Assembly (NCBI GenBank): GCA_949291345.1
Contig: CASEVP010000014.1
Span: 6,457 to 70,456 of the forward strand
Source of the DNA: an uncultured Ruminococcus sp.
GTDB lineage: Bacteria; Bacillota; Clostridia; Oscillospirales; Ruminococcaceae
Reading direction: 5' to 3'
Length of the DNA: 64,000 nt
Below are positions 20,001 through 29,953 of the stretch, piece after piece; within the stretch, counting starts at the first letter, position 1; each line of letters begins with the position of its first letter. Made by a program: the position numbers and the translations under genes. Below the pieces are notes generated by a model. That model did no database searches and had not been told where the DNA came from. It saw nothing but the letters and a program-made list of their open reading frames with translations.

Positions 20001-20658
20001 CAAGTTCCACATACTGCTTTGCCTTTTCCGACTGCCGGCGAAGCGGTTCTACGCGAGATTCCAGTTCAGATACAATATCCTGCAACCGCACTAAATTTTC
20101 CTGTGCAGCATCCAGCTTTCGCTGTGCCTCCTGCTTTTTATACCGGAACTTTGAAACACCAGCTGCCTCCTCGAAAATATCCCGCCGATCGGCACTCTTG
20201 GCGCTAACGATCTCCGCAATCCTTCCCTGTCCAATGATAGCATAACCATCTCTGCCCATTCCCGTATCCATAAACAGCTCTGTCACATCTTTCAGACGCA
20301 CCTGTTTTCCATTGATGCGGTACTCACTGTCACCGCTGCGATATAGCTTTCGGGTAACACTGACTACGGCACCATAAGTATCGCCCAACTCGCCGGTCTC
20401 ATTATTGATTTCTAAAGTTACGACAGCAAATCCCATAGGTTTTCGGGTCTTTGTACCGGAGAAAATGACATCTTCCATTTTATTGCCCCGGAGTGTCTTG
20501 GTAGACTGTTCTCCCAACACCCAACGAACAGCATCTCCAATATTACTTTTGCCACTGCCATTTGGTCCGACAACTGCCGTCAAACCCTTATCAAATGTTA
20601 GTTTGATCTTATCGGGAAACGACTTGAAGCCTTGCAGTTCTAATGACTGTAGATACAT
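17062..20658 (-). CDS. smc: Chromosome segregation protein SMC
   Basis: GFKSF, GPNGSGKSN, hinge GRATFLP, LSGGE, LDEIDAALD. Confidence 0.98.
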   Translation of the reverse strand: MYLQSLELQGFKSFPDKIKLTFDKGLTAVVGPNGSGKSNIGDAVRWVLGEQSTKTLRGNKMEDVIFSGTKTRKPMGFAVVTLEINNETGELGDTYGAVVSVTRKLYRSGDSEYRINGKQVRLKDVTELFMDTGMGRDGYAIIGQGRIAEIVSAKSADRRDIFEEAAGVSKFRYKKQEAQRKLDAAQENLVRLQDIVSELESRVEPLRRQSEKAKQYVELAEQQKQLEISLWVRRLAGLREKLQSLTDGYLQVQAEYQNAELEINHADQKVQEGYRRMQECTIQIETIREKIQRSEEETAKLQAAVAVCENEIRHGLQMQQSLERQKEETKAQKKEMQERTASLAEQAVRLRQKREELLLQAEQAERDWHALENRASQRGKEYEQTHAALQQLYVRQSELRVLQQTTAGQQEELRAQIAEHQIRYLALEEAYHQQEKMYQEAEQHANQSKETLLQMQNQRDGFQKRYANATAELEMGKKAQEQASFALRDKRQRQKLLQDMERNMEGVSGSVKAVLRAEGGAPRGVFGTVAQLITTDQKYGVALETALGGAMQNLIVADENAAKQWIRFLAQNRAGRATFLPLTSVRGRPLRETGLERMQGYVNVASGLVRYAPQYEAIVSYLLGRIVVAEDLDAAAEIAKVYQYRFRIVTLDGQVINAGGTFTGGSAQRSGGMLTRRAELESLSSDIAVLEQQEKTAFEALQKIQARSVSLHQQMQKYTESCRQAESVSVEADAQMEKCRYVLQQSKERLSEARTRGKGLQTRLEETTQKNSAAKQEGEEVSTSITKTQQMLDSANEKRSALQIQQEKLAQRRSQLKLGQVELEKDIETLSKEMQGQTSQQQLMQEKLAQLDKDISVQKDSIAQKQAEKVLDAEKIKQGRKLRMESQSKILHWQKVHESQDQQIRQIQNGLKEINAAREKYAGEMSRFEEKKLSVQADYDNVVRQLYEQYELSLSEAQGVAQPLEDLQEAGRTLQTLKSRIRGLGTVNVAAIAEYEEVSKRYQFLSTQMQDAETAKQELESLIGSLTEEMQRIFSESFAVINDHFREIFRDLFGGGEAHLELTDPENVLESGIEIKVAPPGKVIKNLIALSGGEQSFVAIAIYFAILRLRPSPFCVLDEIDAALDEGNVRRYAQYLQHFTDTTQFILVTHRRSAMEEANVLYGVTMQEDGVSRLLRMEQEELVSSAYDAEPTEIGKGL

Positions 20659-20698
20659 GGTACACTTCCTTTCCGTTTCAGTTATCGCTAAAGATTTA

Positions 20699-21139
20699 TT
20701 ATTGTACCTGGTACATTAATACCATATTATCTGAAGTCTGAAATCCTTTTCGCTGATAAAATCCTTCTGTTTTCTGCCCTTTTGATGTAATAAGATATAT
20801 ATTGGTAATGCCTTGCCTTTGCAGTACTGTACGCAGTTCATCGAGCAGCAGCGTTCCATACCCCTTTCCCTGTGCATCGACCCCGACACAAAATTCTTGA
20901 ATTTGAAAATGTATTCCTAAATCGTACTGTTCTTTTTGCCCCCATATTAAACCCAACAGTACCCCGTCTCTATACATCGCTTTCCCAACAAAAGTTGATG
21001 TTTTCATCATATTTGCAATCCGTACAGAGGCAGTTTCTACAGTCCAGCTATCATTCCACGGTTCATGGTTAAATACACTCATATACAATTTTGCATATTC
21101 CGAAACTGCACATCGCTTCATTGTTTTTATTATTATCAA
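20699..21139 (-). CDS. GNAT family N-acetyltransferase
   Basis: EPWNDSW, EFCV...QGKGYG, FYQRKGF; TTG start after AGGAGTGAGG. Confidence 0.88.
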   Translation of the reverse strand: MIIIKTMKRCAVSEYAKLYMSVFNHEPWNDSWTVETASVRIANMMKTSTFVGKAMYRDGVLLGLIWGQKEQYDLGIHFQIQEFCVGVDAQGKGYGTLLLDELRTVLQRQGITNIYLITSKGQKTEGFYQRKGFQTSDNMVLMYQVQ

Positions 21140-21823
21140 TGACTGCCTCACTCCTACTTTTCATCTGTAAAAGCCGCACCGCATAAACTTTTCCTCCAAA
21201 CTGTGAAAGCGGTACTAGCCTCTGCAATTCCTCTAGCGGATCCATGCACCAATACTCCCCGTCCTGACTGCTGACAATCAGAACATAGTGATAGCTGCCA
21301 TTTCCGTGCATACGCACCCGAACAATGGGGTAACATCCATCTTCTAAATAGTTATCTAGTTCTTCAACTGATAATTCTGATGCATCCTTTTTCGTTACAG
21401 ATACATCTGCTACCTCCTCCAATACATCCCACTGAAGATTTCCCTCACCGTCATAGATCCCATTCTCTGAAAAAAATGGTTTACTTCCCCAGCGTCAGCA
21501 TCTGTCGCCAGACCATCTACAGTAAAATGTTGCATTTGTAATAATGCGGAAACACAACACGTTAAGCAACCGGAGTCACCCATAGTGTACTGGGAATTCC
21601 CCAGCTTATCAAATTTCCAAGCATTGTCCTTCTGATAAAAATAAACCACGTTTTTCGGATCATATTCCAATGTTGTTTTCACAGAAACAGGCTTTACACC
21701 TTGTCGATAATACAAGACATAACCGGTGCCGAGACCGACAAGCATAACCAGCAACACAGCAACCCCAATTGAAATCATAAGATTTTTGTTATGCACAACT
21801 TTTCCTTTCACACATGCATTCAC
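21069..21823 (-). pseudogene. Membrane-anchored C39-like cysteine peptidase split by a frameshift in a T7 run (21470-21476)
   Basis: 5' part: TM then YFYQKD..W...GDSGCLTCC (catalytic Cys region); 3' part: YHYVLI and MDP (His/Asp); one extra T joins them as NHFFSENGIYDGEGNLQWDVLEEVAD. Confidence 0.75.
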
Positions 21824-21881
21824 TTATCTTTCCTTTGTGCTTTTATGATTAATATATCAAACAAGCCAATATTTCGTTTCA

Positions 21882-22931
21882 TTAACACATATCCCTACTG
21901 TGATTGAAACCATATATAGGATATTGCTTTCCACACACAACAATCTCACCGCTTGCAACTTTCATCGTTTCCATAACTTTCATCGTTATTCCACATTCCG
22001 CCAGCCGCTTTCGATTAATTCCGTGCTGCCCCAGTACCTTGCTCATTGTGCCAAGCGCAGTTTCTACAAACAATTCCGATATTTTGTTTTCCTTTGCCGC
22101 ACGTTCCAAAGCGCGTAGATATAATCGGGATTCCACTAGTTCCCGATATGCCGGATGGTAGTATCCATCCAACATCTTTTCCCTTAAAGACGGCGCATCA
22201 TGCAATCCTAACCGAATCACACGAACGCCCATTTCCGCACAGCGACAAAGAGCATCGGCACAGTACTCCAGTACTTTTTCTTTAGGCAACAGCAGGTAAT
22301 CGCCTTTTGCGTAATATTGCGCCAGTTTAGTTCCCTTCAATATAACCGTGGGGTAAATACGTATGGTATCCGGCTGACACGCCAAGAGTTGTTCAAGTGT
22401 ACTGTATTCGTCTGCCAGCGTACTGCCATACAGCCCCACCATCTGCTGTAATCCCAGAGAAAATCCGCTTTTCCGAATGGCACTGGAAGCGTTCCTCACA
22501 GATTGTGCATCGTGTCCACGTTCATTTTTCTGTAAAACCGCATCACACATGCTCTGTGCACCCAGTTCAATAGCAGTCACATGATATCGCTGTAACTGGG
22601 TGAGTATTGCCGAATCTATGGCATCGGGTCGGGTAGAAATGCGGATACCAGAAAATTTCCCTTTTCCCAAATATGGCTGCACACTTTCCAGCAGTGCCTG
22701 CCGATAGGATGGCTCCACTGCAGTAAAACTGCCCCCAAAAAATGCAACTTCTGCATTTTCCAGCGTACCGCCATAGCGCAGCAGCATTTCTTTGCAAGCT
22801 GCCGCAACTTCCTGCGGTACAGGCGCATGGGTAATGCCGCTAATGGAGGTTTGATCACAAAAACTGCACTGATGGGGGCAGCCCCGATGAGGTATGAAAA
22901 ATGCAAGAGTCTTATGCTTATACTTTGCCAT
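21882..22931 (-). CDS. Radical SAM protein (Elp3/YhcC-like)
   Basis: IPHRGCPHQCSFCDQ, FFGGSFT, ISTRPD, ELGAQS; usual neighbour of rnc in Clostridia. Confidence 0.88.
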   Translation of the reverse strand: MAKYKHKTLAFFIPHRGCPHQCSFCDQTSISGITHAPVPQEVAAACKEMLLRYGGTLENAEVAFFGGSFTAVEPSYRQALLESVQPYLGKGKFSGIRISTRPDAIDSAILTQLQRYHVTAIELGAQSMCDAVLQKNERGHDAQSVRNASSAIRKSGFSLGLQQMVGLYGSTLADEYSTLEQLLACQPDTIRIYPTVILKGTKLAQYYAKGDYLLLPKEKVLEYCADALCRCAEMGVRVIRLGLHDAPSLREKMLDGYYHPAYRELVESRLYLRALERAAKENKISELFVETALGTMSKVLGQHGINRKRLAECGITMKVMETMKVASGEIVVCGKQYPIYGFNHSRDMC

Positions 22932-23628
22932 AGCCCATCAATGACAATGCTTCTTTTGCTGCCATCTGCTCAGCAGCCTTTTTGCTATGCCCAATACCTG
23001 TACCAATCACATTGGAATTGAGACATACTTCCACCCGAAACGCCTTATCATGATCCGGACCGGACTCACTGACCAGTACATATTCCACTTTTTCTTCCGG
23101 ATTCTTTTGTACTACTTCCTGCAGCTGTGTCTTATAATCATGAAATCCCATCGGCTGGTCATGCTCCTCCGGATCTTCCGGGATAAACCGCAAAATGTGC
23201 CGTTTTGCTGCTTTCATTCCGCCATCTAAAAAAATCGCCGCAATAACTGCCTCAAATGCATCCGCTAAAATCGAAGAGCGTTCTCTACCGCCTGTATGCT
23301 CTTCCCCTTTACCCAAAAGCAAGAATTCTCCCAGGTGAATCTGTTTGGCGAATACAAACAATGCCTTTTCACATACCATTGATGCACGGAGTTTTGTCAG
23401 TTCTCCCTCTGGCAGATTCGGGTATTTATGAAACAAAAACTCTGACACTACAATCGATAACACGCTATCTCCTAAAAATTCCAAACGTTCATTGCTATTA
23501 CGAGACTTTCTCTTTTCATTTGCATAAGAGGAATGCGATAATGCCTCCAGTAGCAGATGTTTATTCTGAAAATGATAATGAATATAGGATTCAAATCTTC
23601 CCAGATCCACATATTCCGAATGCTCCAT
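22918..23628 (-). CDS. rnc: Ribonuclease III
   Basis: NERLEFLGDSVL, ADAFEA, dsRBD DYKTQLQE...KKAAEQMAA. Confidence 0.97.
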   Translation of the reverse strand: MEHSEYVDLGRFESYIHYHFQNKHLLLEALSHSSYANEKRKSRNSNERLEFLGDSVLSIVVSEFLFHKYPNLPEGELTKLRASMVCEKALFVFAKQIHLGEFLLLGKGEEHTGGRERSSILADAFEAVIAAIFLDGGMKAAKRHILRFIPEDPEEHDQPMGFHDYKTQLQEVVQKNPEEKVEYVLVSESGPDHDKAFRVEVCLNSNVIGTGIGHSKKAAEQMAAKEALSLMGYGKV

Positions 23629-23633
23629 AATTA

Positions 23634-24644
23634 CTACCTCCCCATATTTGCTTTTTGTGTTTTTCCGGTATTTTCCGCAATAGTCTGTACTACATTGCCT
23701 GCCACACAATCTCTCGCTTGACGAATCGCATTAAAAAAAGCCTGACCATCCGAACTCCCATGTGCCTTGATAACTGGTTTTTGCACACCTAGCATTACTG
23801 CACCGCCAACCGCTTTATAATCCATTTTTTTAGTCAATGCCTTAATTTTCGGCAATATGATCATCGCTGCCAATTTACCACCAACACCAGCAAAAAGGTT
23901 ATTCTTCATCTGATGTGCCATAAACTTTCCCATGCCCTCATACAATTTGAGTGCCACATTGCCGGTAAAACCGTCTGTGACCACCACATCTGCCACACCC
24001 ATGGGAAGTTCACGTGCCTCAACATTTCCGATAAAATGCAACGGTGCTTTTTCTAACTGCGCATAAGATTCCAGTTCCAACTCACGTCCCTTAGTCTCCT
24101 CAGCACCCACATTTAACAGTGCTACACGAGGTTTTTTCACACCCATAACATTCTGCATGTAAGCACTGCCCATAACAGCAAACTGAACCAGCATCTCGGG
24201 ACGACAGTCGTTATTGGCACCACCGTCAATGAGCATGAACGGCGCCTTTTCCGTTGGCAAAACCGGTGCAGCAGCAGCACGCTTAATGCCGGGGATTCGC
24301 TTAACCAGAAATGTTGCCCCAACCAGCAATGCTCCGGTACTTCCGGCACAGACAAAAGCATCACCTTTTCCGTCGTGAAGTGCCTGCATACCGACAGCCA
24401 TAGAGGTATCAGAGTGTTGCTTCAGCAAAGTAGTTGGCTCATCATGAATATCAAACACAGCCGGAGCATGAATCAGTTCCATTCCCTCCAGCGAAAGTCC
24501 ATTTTGTACAGCACAATCCTGAATTTTTTCAGTATCGCCTACCAGCGTCACAGTCACGCCCAGTTCCCTGACGGCTTGCGAACCACCCTTTATCACCTCC
24601 AGCGGTGCGTTATCACCGCCAAATGCGTCAATTAAAATATTCAC
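23634..24644 (-). CDS. plsX: Phosphate acyltransferase PlsX
   Basis: DAFGGDNAP, AGSTGA, DGFTGNVALK, KAHGSS. Confidence 0.96.
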   Translation of the reverse strand: MNILIDAFGGDNAPLEVIKGGSQAVRELGVTVTLVGDTEKIQDCAVQNGLSLEGMELIHAPAVFDIHDEPTTLLKQHSDTSMAVGMQALHDGKGDAFVCAGSTGALLVGATFLVKRIPGIKRAAAAPVLPTEKAPFMLIDGGANNDCRPEMLVQFAVMGSAYMQNVMGVKKPRVALLNVGAEETKGRELELESYAQLEKAPLHFIGNVEARELPMGVADVVVTDGFTGNVALKLYEGMGKFMAHQMKNNLFAGVGGKLAAMIILPKIKALTKKMDYKAVGGAVMLGVQKPVIKAHGSSDGQAFFNAIRQARDCVAGNVVQTIAENTGKTQKANMGR

Positions 24645-24690
24645 GTCTTTTGGATTCCTCCTTATGCGATCTTACATACTGAATAAGGAA

Positions 24691-24736
24691 TTAGAAGTGA
24701 GAAATGATATTCGTTTCGTTCATTTCTCAATTCTAA
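24691..24736. repeat. 17-bp inverted repeat upstream of plsX
   Basis: TTAGAAGTGAGAAATGA-12 nt-TCATTTCTCAATTCTAA (one mismatch). Confidence 0.7.
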
Positions 24737-25199
24737 CACCCAATCAAAATTTTATGTATATTAGGCACGTTACTTATATACCACTATACCACCAAATTTT
24801 ACCCAGCAAATCCTTACGACACATTTCACTGCGTCTGTAACACACCTTTCTCCAATACAAATAGTAACTATACTTTTCCATCTTAAACTATACAGTAGCA
24901 TTCATTTTATTCAGAATGAATATACGTTCATTTTCCCTCAAGACCCATCCTAAAACGGACTGAGGTTTCTTATTCCGTTTAAAAGAAGTCGTAATAGACT
25001 TAAACTATGGCAATCCTTCTTGCGTTCACTCATGATAGTATTCCAGCAGTGCCCGCTCATATGCTTGAGAAGTTTCACAATCTTTCCAAACACTAGATTC
25101 CAGCAGAAAACAAAGAAAAGCAAAAGTCTGATAGAGGCCAGAAATACAAATCCATTAAATGAATTTTGGTTCAATCAGATTTTCAGCTGTTTCCCCCAT

Positions 25200-26507
25200 T
25201 TATCCTAGTTTTTGCAAATATGAATCCAGCACAGCTAACGCCCGATCTGCATATGCCTGATATTTTTCCTGCTTTCCCCGAATCCGTTCCGGCAAATCTG
25301 GCAGAATTCCCATATTAGCTCCCATGGGCTGAAAATTTTCCGTCGGTGCGCTACTAATATAAGCGGCAAGTGCTCCCATCATCGTCTCTCTAGGCAGAAT
25401 CATCGGTGGTTTCCCCTGTAATTTCCTTGCTAGATTTTTTCCGGCAAGAATGCCGCTCGCCGCAGATTCCATATACCCCTCTACGCCCGTCATCTGTCCT
25501 GCAAAATAAACATACTCCGCTCCCCGCAGCGAATAATCCGCATTCAGAAGCCGAGGGCTGTCCAAAAAGAAATTGCGGTGCATCACCCCATAACGATAAA
25601 AATCTGCATGCTGCAAACCTGGGATCATGGAAAAAACACGTTTTTGCTCCGGAAATTTTAGGTTCGTCTGAAAACCTACCAAGTTGTACATGGTTCCTTC
25701 CTGAGTTTCCTTTCTCAGCTGTACTACAGCCCACGGTCGATGACCTGTCCGGGGATCTGTCAATCCCACCGGTTTCAGAGGCCCAAACCGCATGGTATCC
25801 TTTCCTCTGGACGCCAGCACTTCAATAGGCATACACCCCTCATACACCCGAAAAAAAGACTTATCACACTCATGAAGTTCTGCCCGTTCGGCAGTAATCA
25901 GTGCTTCATAAAATGCCTCATATTCCTCCCTGTTCATAGGACAATTGATATAATCGGCATCACCTCTGCCATATCTAGCAGCAAAAAAAATTTTTTCTTT
26001 ATCCAAGCTTTCAAAACTGACAATTGGTGCTGCAGCATCAAAAAAACTCAGCCGACTGCCGCAGCGCCTTTCAATATCCCATGCCATTTTTCCATCAGTC
26101 AGCGGACCTGTTGCAACGATCACCGGTGTATCGGGAATCTCCTCTGCAACTGTTGTCTCCAATGTAATGTTCGGGTGACTACGCACAGCTTTTGTGACAA
26201 GATCCGAAAACTGTTTCCGATCTACCGCCAGTGCACCGCCTGCCGGCACTGCCGATTTTTTGGCACATTGCGTCAAAAGAGACCCCAGACATGTCATTTC
26301 TGCTTTTAAAAGTCCGGCTGCTGAGTTAATCCGATTGGCTTTCAATGAATTCGAACAAACCAGTTCTGCCAATCCTTCATAGTGGTGTGCCGGCGTATAT
26401 TTCAATGGTTTCATTTCCTGAAGACGAACAGAAAACCCCGCCTCCGCCAACTGCCATGCCGCCTCGCAGCCTGCAAGCCCACCGCCAACAACTGTCACAC
26501 AAGTCAT
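25200..26507 (-). CDS. trmFO: tRNA (uracil-5)-methyltransferase TrmFO
   Basis: GGGLAGCEAAWQ, AELVCSNS, FGPLKPVGL, AGQMTGVEGY. Confidence 0.97.
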   Translation of the reverse strand: MTCVTVVGGGLAGCEAAWQLAEAGFSVRLQEMKPLKYTPAHHYEGLAELVCSNSLKANRINSAAGLLKAEMTCLGSLLTQCAKKSAVPAGGALAVDRKQFSDLVTKAVRSHPNITLETTVAEEIPDTPVIVATGPLTDGKMAWDIERRCGSRLSFFDAAAPIVSFESLDKEKIFFAARYGRGDADYINCPMNREEYEAFYEALITAERAELHECDKSFFRVYEGCMPIEVLASRGKDTMRFGPLKPVGLTDPRTGHRPWAVVQLRKETQEGTMYNLVGFQTNLKFPEQKRVFSMIPGLQHADFYRYGVMHRNFFLDSPRLLNADYSLRGAEYVYFAGQMTGVEGYMESAASGILAGKNLARKLQGKPPMILPRETMMGALAAYISSAPTENFQPMGANMGILPDLPERIRGKQEKYQAYADRALAVLDSYLQKLG

Positions 26508-28606
26508 GATGCACCCCCGCCTATCGGTCGAGAATATCCACAGTTTGGCTTTTCACAAACAAGTGTTCCGGATTTTCCACCCTTCTGAAATAATGTGGAA
26601 CCACACTCCGGACATTTTTCCTCAGTTGGTACATTCCATGTCATAAAATTACATTCCGGATACGCACTGCATCCATAGAAACTACGGCCGCGCTTAGATT
26701 TTTTCAAAATGATCTTTTTGCCACAAAGCGGGCATGCCCCTGCGGTTTCTTGAACAATTTTCTTGGTATTCTTGCACTCCGGAAAACCCGGGCATGCCAA
26801 AAACCGCCCAAATTTACCGATTTTAATCACCATTTTTCTACCGCACTGATCACAGACAATATCCGTTTCTTCATCCGGCACCTTAACACGTTTGCCTTCC
26901 ATTTTTTCCTCGGCAGTCTCCAATGTTTTGGAAAAATCGCCATAAAAATCATCCAGTGTCTGTACCCAGCTTTTTTTGCCGCGCTCCACATCATCCAAAC
27001 TATTTTCCATTTCCGCAGTAAATTTTACATCCAGAATATTGGGAAAATGTTCCTTCATGAGTTCAGTTGTCACTTCTCCCAGTACCGTAGGCTTAAGCTG
27101 CTTTCCCTCCCGTTCCACATATAAATGTGATGTAATCGTTGTAATGGTAGGAGCATAGGTACTCGGACGACCGATACCATTTTCTTCAAGTGCCTTAATC
27201 AATGTAGCTTCTGTATAACGAGGCGGTGCCTGTGTGAAATGCTGATTTCCCTCCAGAGATTTTAAGCGAACTTCCATGCCGTTTTCCAATTCCGGCAGGT
27301 TCTTATTCTCACTCTTATCTCCCTTCGCTTCATCGTACAGCACCGTAAAACCATCAAACTTCATGGTAGAACCTGTTGCCTTGAAAATACAGTTATCCGC
27401 CTCGATCTCCACCGATACCGTATCCATCAGTGCATCTGCCATCTGACTGGCGATAAACCGTTCCCAAATCAGTTTATACAATTTATACTGATCGGAAGTC
27501 AAACTGCTTTTTACTCGATCCGGCGTCAGATTTGGCAGAGAAGGACGAATGGCTTCGTGAGCGTCCTGCGCATTTTTCTTAGTCTTATATATTCTTGGCT
27601 CTGACGGAAGATAGCTGCTGCCATACTGTGCAGTAACATAATCCGCCGCAGCCTTCTGTGCTTCTGCAGAAATTCGCAGACTATCTGTACGCATATAGGT
27701 GATCAAACCGACTGCACCCATTTCTTCAATTTCGACGCCTTCATATAATTCCTGTGCCACCTTCATAGTACGCTTAGACTGAAATCCCAAACGATAAGAA
27801 GCGTCTTGCTGTAATGTTGAGGTGATAAACGGCGGAGCAGGATGCCGTTTTGTTACCCTTTTTTTCACATTCTGCACATGATATGCAGCATTTTGCAGTC
27901 TTGCCAGCAATGCATCTGCTGTTTCTTTCTTGGCAATTTCTGTTTTATCCACCTTTTCGCCGTCTACCCGTACCAGTTTTGCTGCAAACACCTTCCGGGA
28001 CGGCGGCGCCGTAAATTTGGCATCAATCGACCAGTACTCTTGGGGAACAAATGCACGTATTTCATTTTCACGATCTACTACTAACCGCACCGCAACCGAC
28101 TGTACTCTGCCTGCTGAAAGCCCACGGCGTACTTTTTTCCATAAAAAAGGACTGAGCTTATATCCTACCAAGCGATCCAAAATCCGGCGTGCCTGCTGAG
28201 CATTCACTAGATCTAGATCAATCTTATGAGGATGACTCATACCTGTCTGAATGCCGCTGCGCGTTATTTCATTAAATTCAACACGATTGTTCTCATTCAT
28301 ATTCAAGCCCAAAATCTGAGCAATATGCCAAGATATGGCCTCTCCTTCTCGATCAGGGTCCGTTGCAAGATATACATGATCGCACTTTTTTGCATGCTCT
28401 TTCAGATGCTTGATCACATCTTCCTTTCCTTTCATATCTGTATACTGTGGCTGAAACCCATGCTCCACATCCACACCCAACTTAGATTTGGGCAGATCAC
28501 GAATATGTCCCATAGATGCGATCACATCATAATCTTTTCCTAAATATTTTTGTATAGTTTTCGCCTTTGCGGGCGACTCCACAATAACTAAATTTGACAT
28601 AGCCAT
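26504..28606 (-). CDS. topA: DNA topoisomerase I
   Basis: IVESPAKAK, DPDREGE, SAGRVQS, ITYMRTDS, C-terminal Zn ribbons. Confidence 0.98.
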   Translation of the reverse strand: MAMSNLVIVESPAKAKTIQKYLGKDYDVIASMGHIRDLPKSKLGVDVEHGFQPQYTDMKGKEDVIKHLKEHAKKCDHVYLATDPDREGEAISWHIAQILGLNMNENNRVEFNEITRSGIQTGMSHPHKIDLDLVNAQQARRILDRLVGYKLSPFLWKKVRRGLSAGRVQSVAVRLVVDRENEIRAFVPQEYWSIDAKFTAPPSRKVFAAKLVRVDGEKVDKTEIAKKETADALLARLQNAAYHVQNVKKRVTKRHPAPPFITSTLQQDASYRLGFQSKRTMKVAQELYEGVEIEEMGAVGLITYMRTDSLRISAEAQKAAADYVTAQYGSSYLPSEPRIYKTKKNAQDAHEAIRPSLPNLTPDRVKSSLTSDQYKLYKLIWERFIASQMADALMDTVSVEIEADNCIFKATGSTMKFDGFTVLYDEAKGDKSENKNLPELENGMEVRLKSLEGNQHFTQAPPRYTEATLIKALEENGIGRPSTYAPTITTITSHLYVEREGKQLKPTVLGEVTTELMKEHFPNILDVKFTAEMENSLDDVERGKKSWVQTLDDFYGDFSKTLETAEEKMEGKRVKVPDEETDIVCDQCGRKMVIKIGKFGRFLACPGFPECKNTKKIVQETAGACPLCGKKIILKKSKRGRSFYGCSAYPECNFMTWNVPTEEKCPECGSTLFQKGGKSGTLVCEKPNCGYSRPIGGGAS

Positions 28607-28677
28607 TTTATCTCTCTATTCTCCATTTTTTTGCAATGCAAATCCACACTGCTTTATGCCTGACTCGTAACCTTTCA

Positions 28678-29952
28678 TTACCGAAGCCGAAACTGCTTCC
28701 CGGGAAGATGATCTAGATATCCATAAATTTCAAGCTCAGTAAGTGCCGCATTAAGATCCTGCATTGATGCCTCCAGCACAGATGCAAGATAATCAAAATG
28801 CACTACAGTATGTTTTTGTAAAATAGCGAGCACTTCCCGGCTCAAAACCTGCAATTCTCTTTCTGATACATCGAGAACGGCAGTCTTTTCAAAATCATTC
28901 AAAGGTTCTTCATGTAACATTTCTGTGGCTTTTACTTTAGAAGGCACCTGCGTTTCTTTTTTCTTCCGTTCATTTACAAACCTTTTTTCATTGGATACTT
29001 CTATTGCCATTACTAAACTGTCTGATTTTCTAAAAGTGTCCTCATACAGCACCGACGCGGTCATCATATGTGCGTGACTGGTGTAATATTCATAAATAAT
29101 ATCCTGACTATGAAAAACCGGAATTGCACCATCTCGCAGATATTTAGCAACACCCATATACCGACGATCAGTAACATCCGCCGGCGGAATACAAAAAACA
29201 TCTCGTCCCTGTTCCATTGCGTTTTCTGCTGTAATCAGCGCACCGCTTCGCAAAGGCGCCTGTATCACAAATGTGCCCATGCTCAGTCCCGACAACACCC
29301 GGTTGCGAAGTGGAAAATTGGAAGAATTAGGCGGTGTACCAGGCAAAAATTCCGACAATATTAGTCCTCGTTTTGCAATTTCCTGTTTCATCGTAGCGTG
29401 CTGATGCGGATAATATTGATCCAATCCACACCCCATCAAGGCAATACTGGGTTTTTCCTGTTCCAAAGCACAGACATTTGCTGCAATATCCACACCTACA
29501 GCAAAGCCAGTAACCGGTACAAACCCCACCTGCACCAAATCATAACAGATCAGCTTTTCAATGCGCAAACTATATTCTGTAGGATTTCTGGTTCCCACAA
29601 CCGTCAGCAGCATATGATTCTGCAACAGTGTGATATTTCCCTGATAAAACAGCAGCACTGGAGGATTTTCAATAGAAAGCAATTGTTCCGGATATGCCGC
29701 ATCGCCATACCACAAAATGGATAATTTTTGCTTTTCGCAAGTTATCAACATTTTATCTACTTGTTCCTGTGTTACCTGTTTCAAGCGACGTCTTACAAAT
29801 TCCGGCAAATGCAGTTCTTCATCTATTTCAGGATGATGCAGAACTTCTGCTGCTTTCTGAGGCGTCTGATGCCGGCGCAATATTTTCCATATTTGTGGAT
29901 TTCCGGCACCAAACACCATAACCATCCAAAGCAAAGTTCGAATTTCCTCCAT
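28678..29952 (-). CDS. dprA: DNA-processing protein DprA
   Basis: VVGTR, TGFAVGVD, FPLRNR, SGALITA, C-terminal wHTH ELEIYG; upstream of topA. Confidence 0.92.
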   Translation of the reverse strand: MEEIRTLLWMVMVFGAGNPQIWKILRRHQTPQKAAEVLHHPEIDEELHLPEFVRRRLKQVTQEQVDKMLITCEKQKLSILWYGDAAYPEQLLSIENPPVLLFYQGNITLLQNHMLLTVVGTRNPTEYSLRIEKLICYDLVQVGFVPVTGFAVGVDIAANVCALEQEKPSIALMGCGLDQYYPHQHATMKQEIAKRGLILSEFLPGTPPNSSNFPLRNRVLSGLSMGTFVIQAPLRSGALITAENAMEQGRDVFCIPPADVTDRRYMGVAKYLRDGAIPVFHSQDIIYEYYTSHAHMMTASVLYEDTFRKSDSLVMAIEVSNEKRFVNERKKKETQVPSKVKATEMLHEEPLNDFEKTAVLDVSERELQVLSREVLAILQKHTVVHFDYLASVLEASMQDLNAALTELEIYGYLDHLPGKQFRLR

Positions 29953-29953
29953 G

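Noticed and set aside
24950-25199. 74-aa track ORF, and a possible decayed 58-codon frame starting right after trmFO (MGETAENLIEPKFI-stop-WICIS...YYHE)
   Set aside because: No recognisable motif or good RBS, and an internal stop; cannot be distinguished from chance
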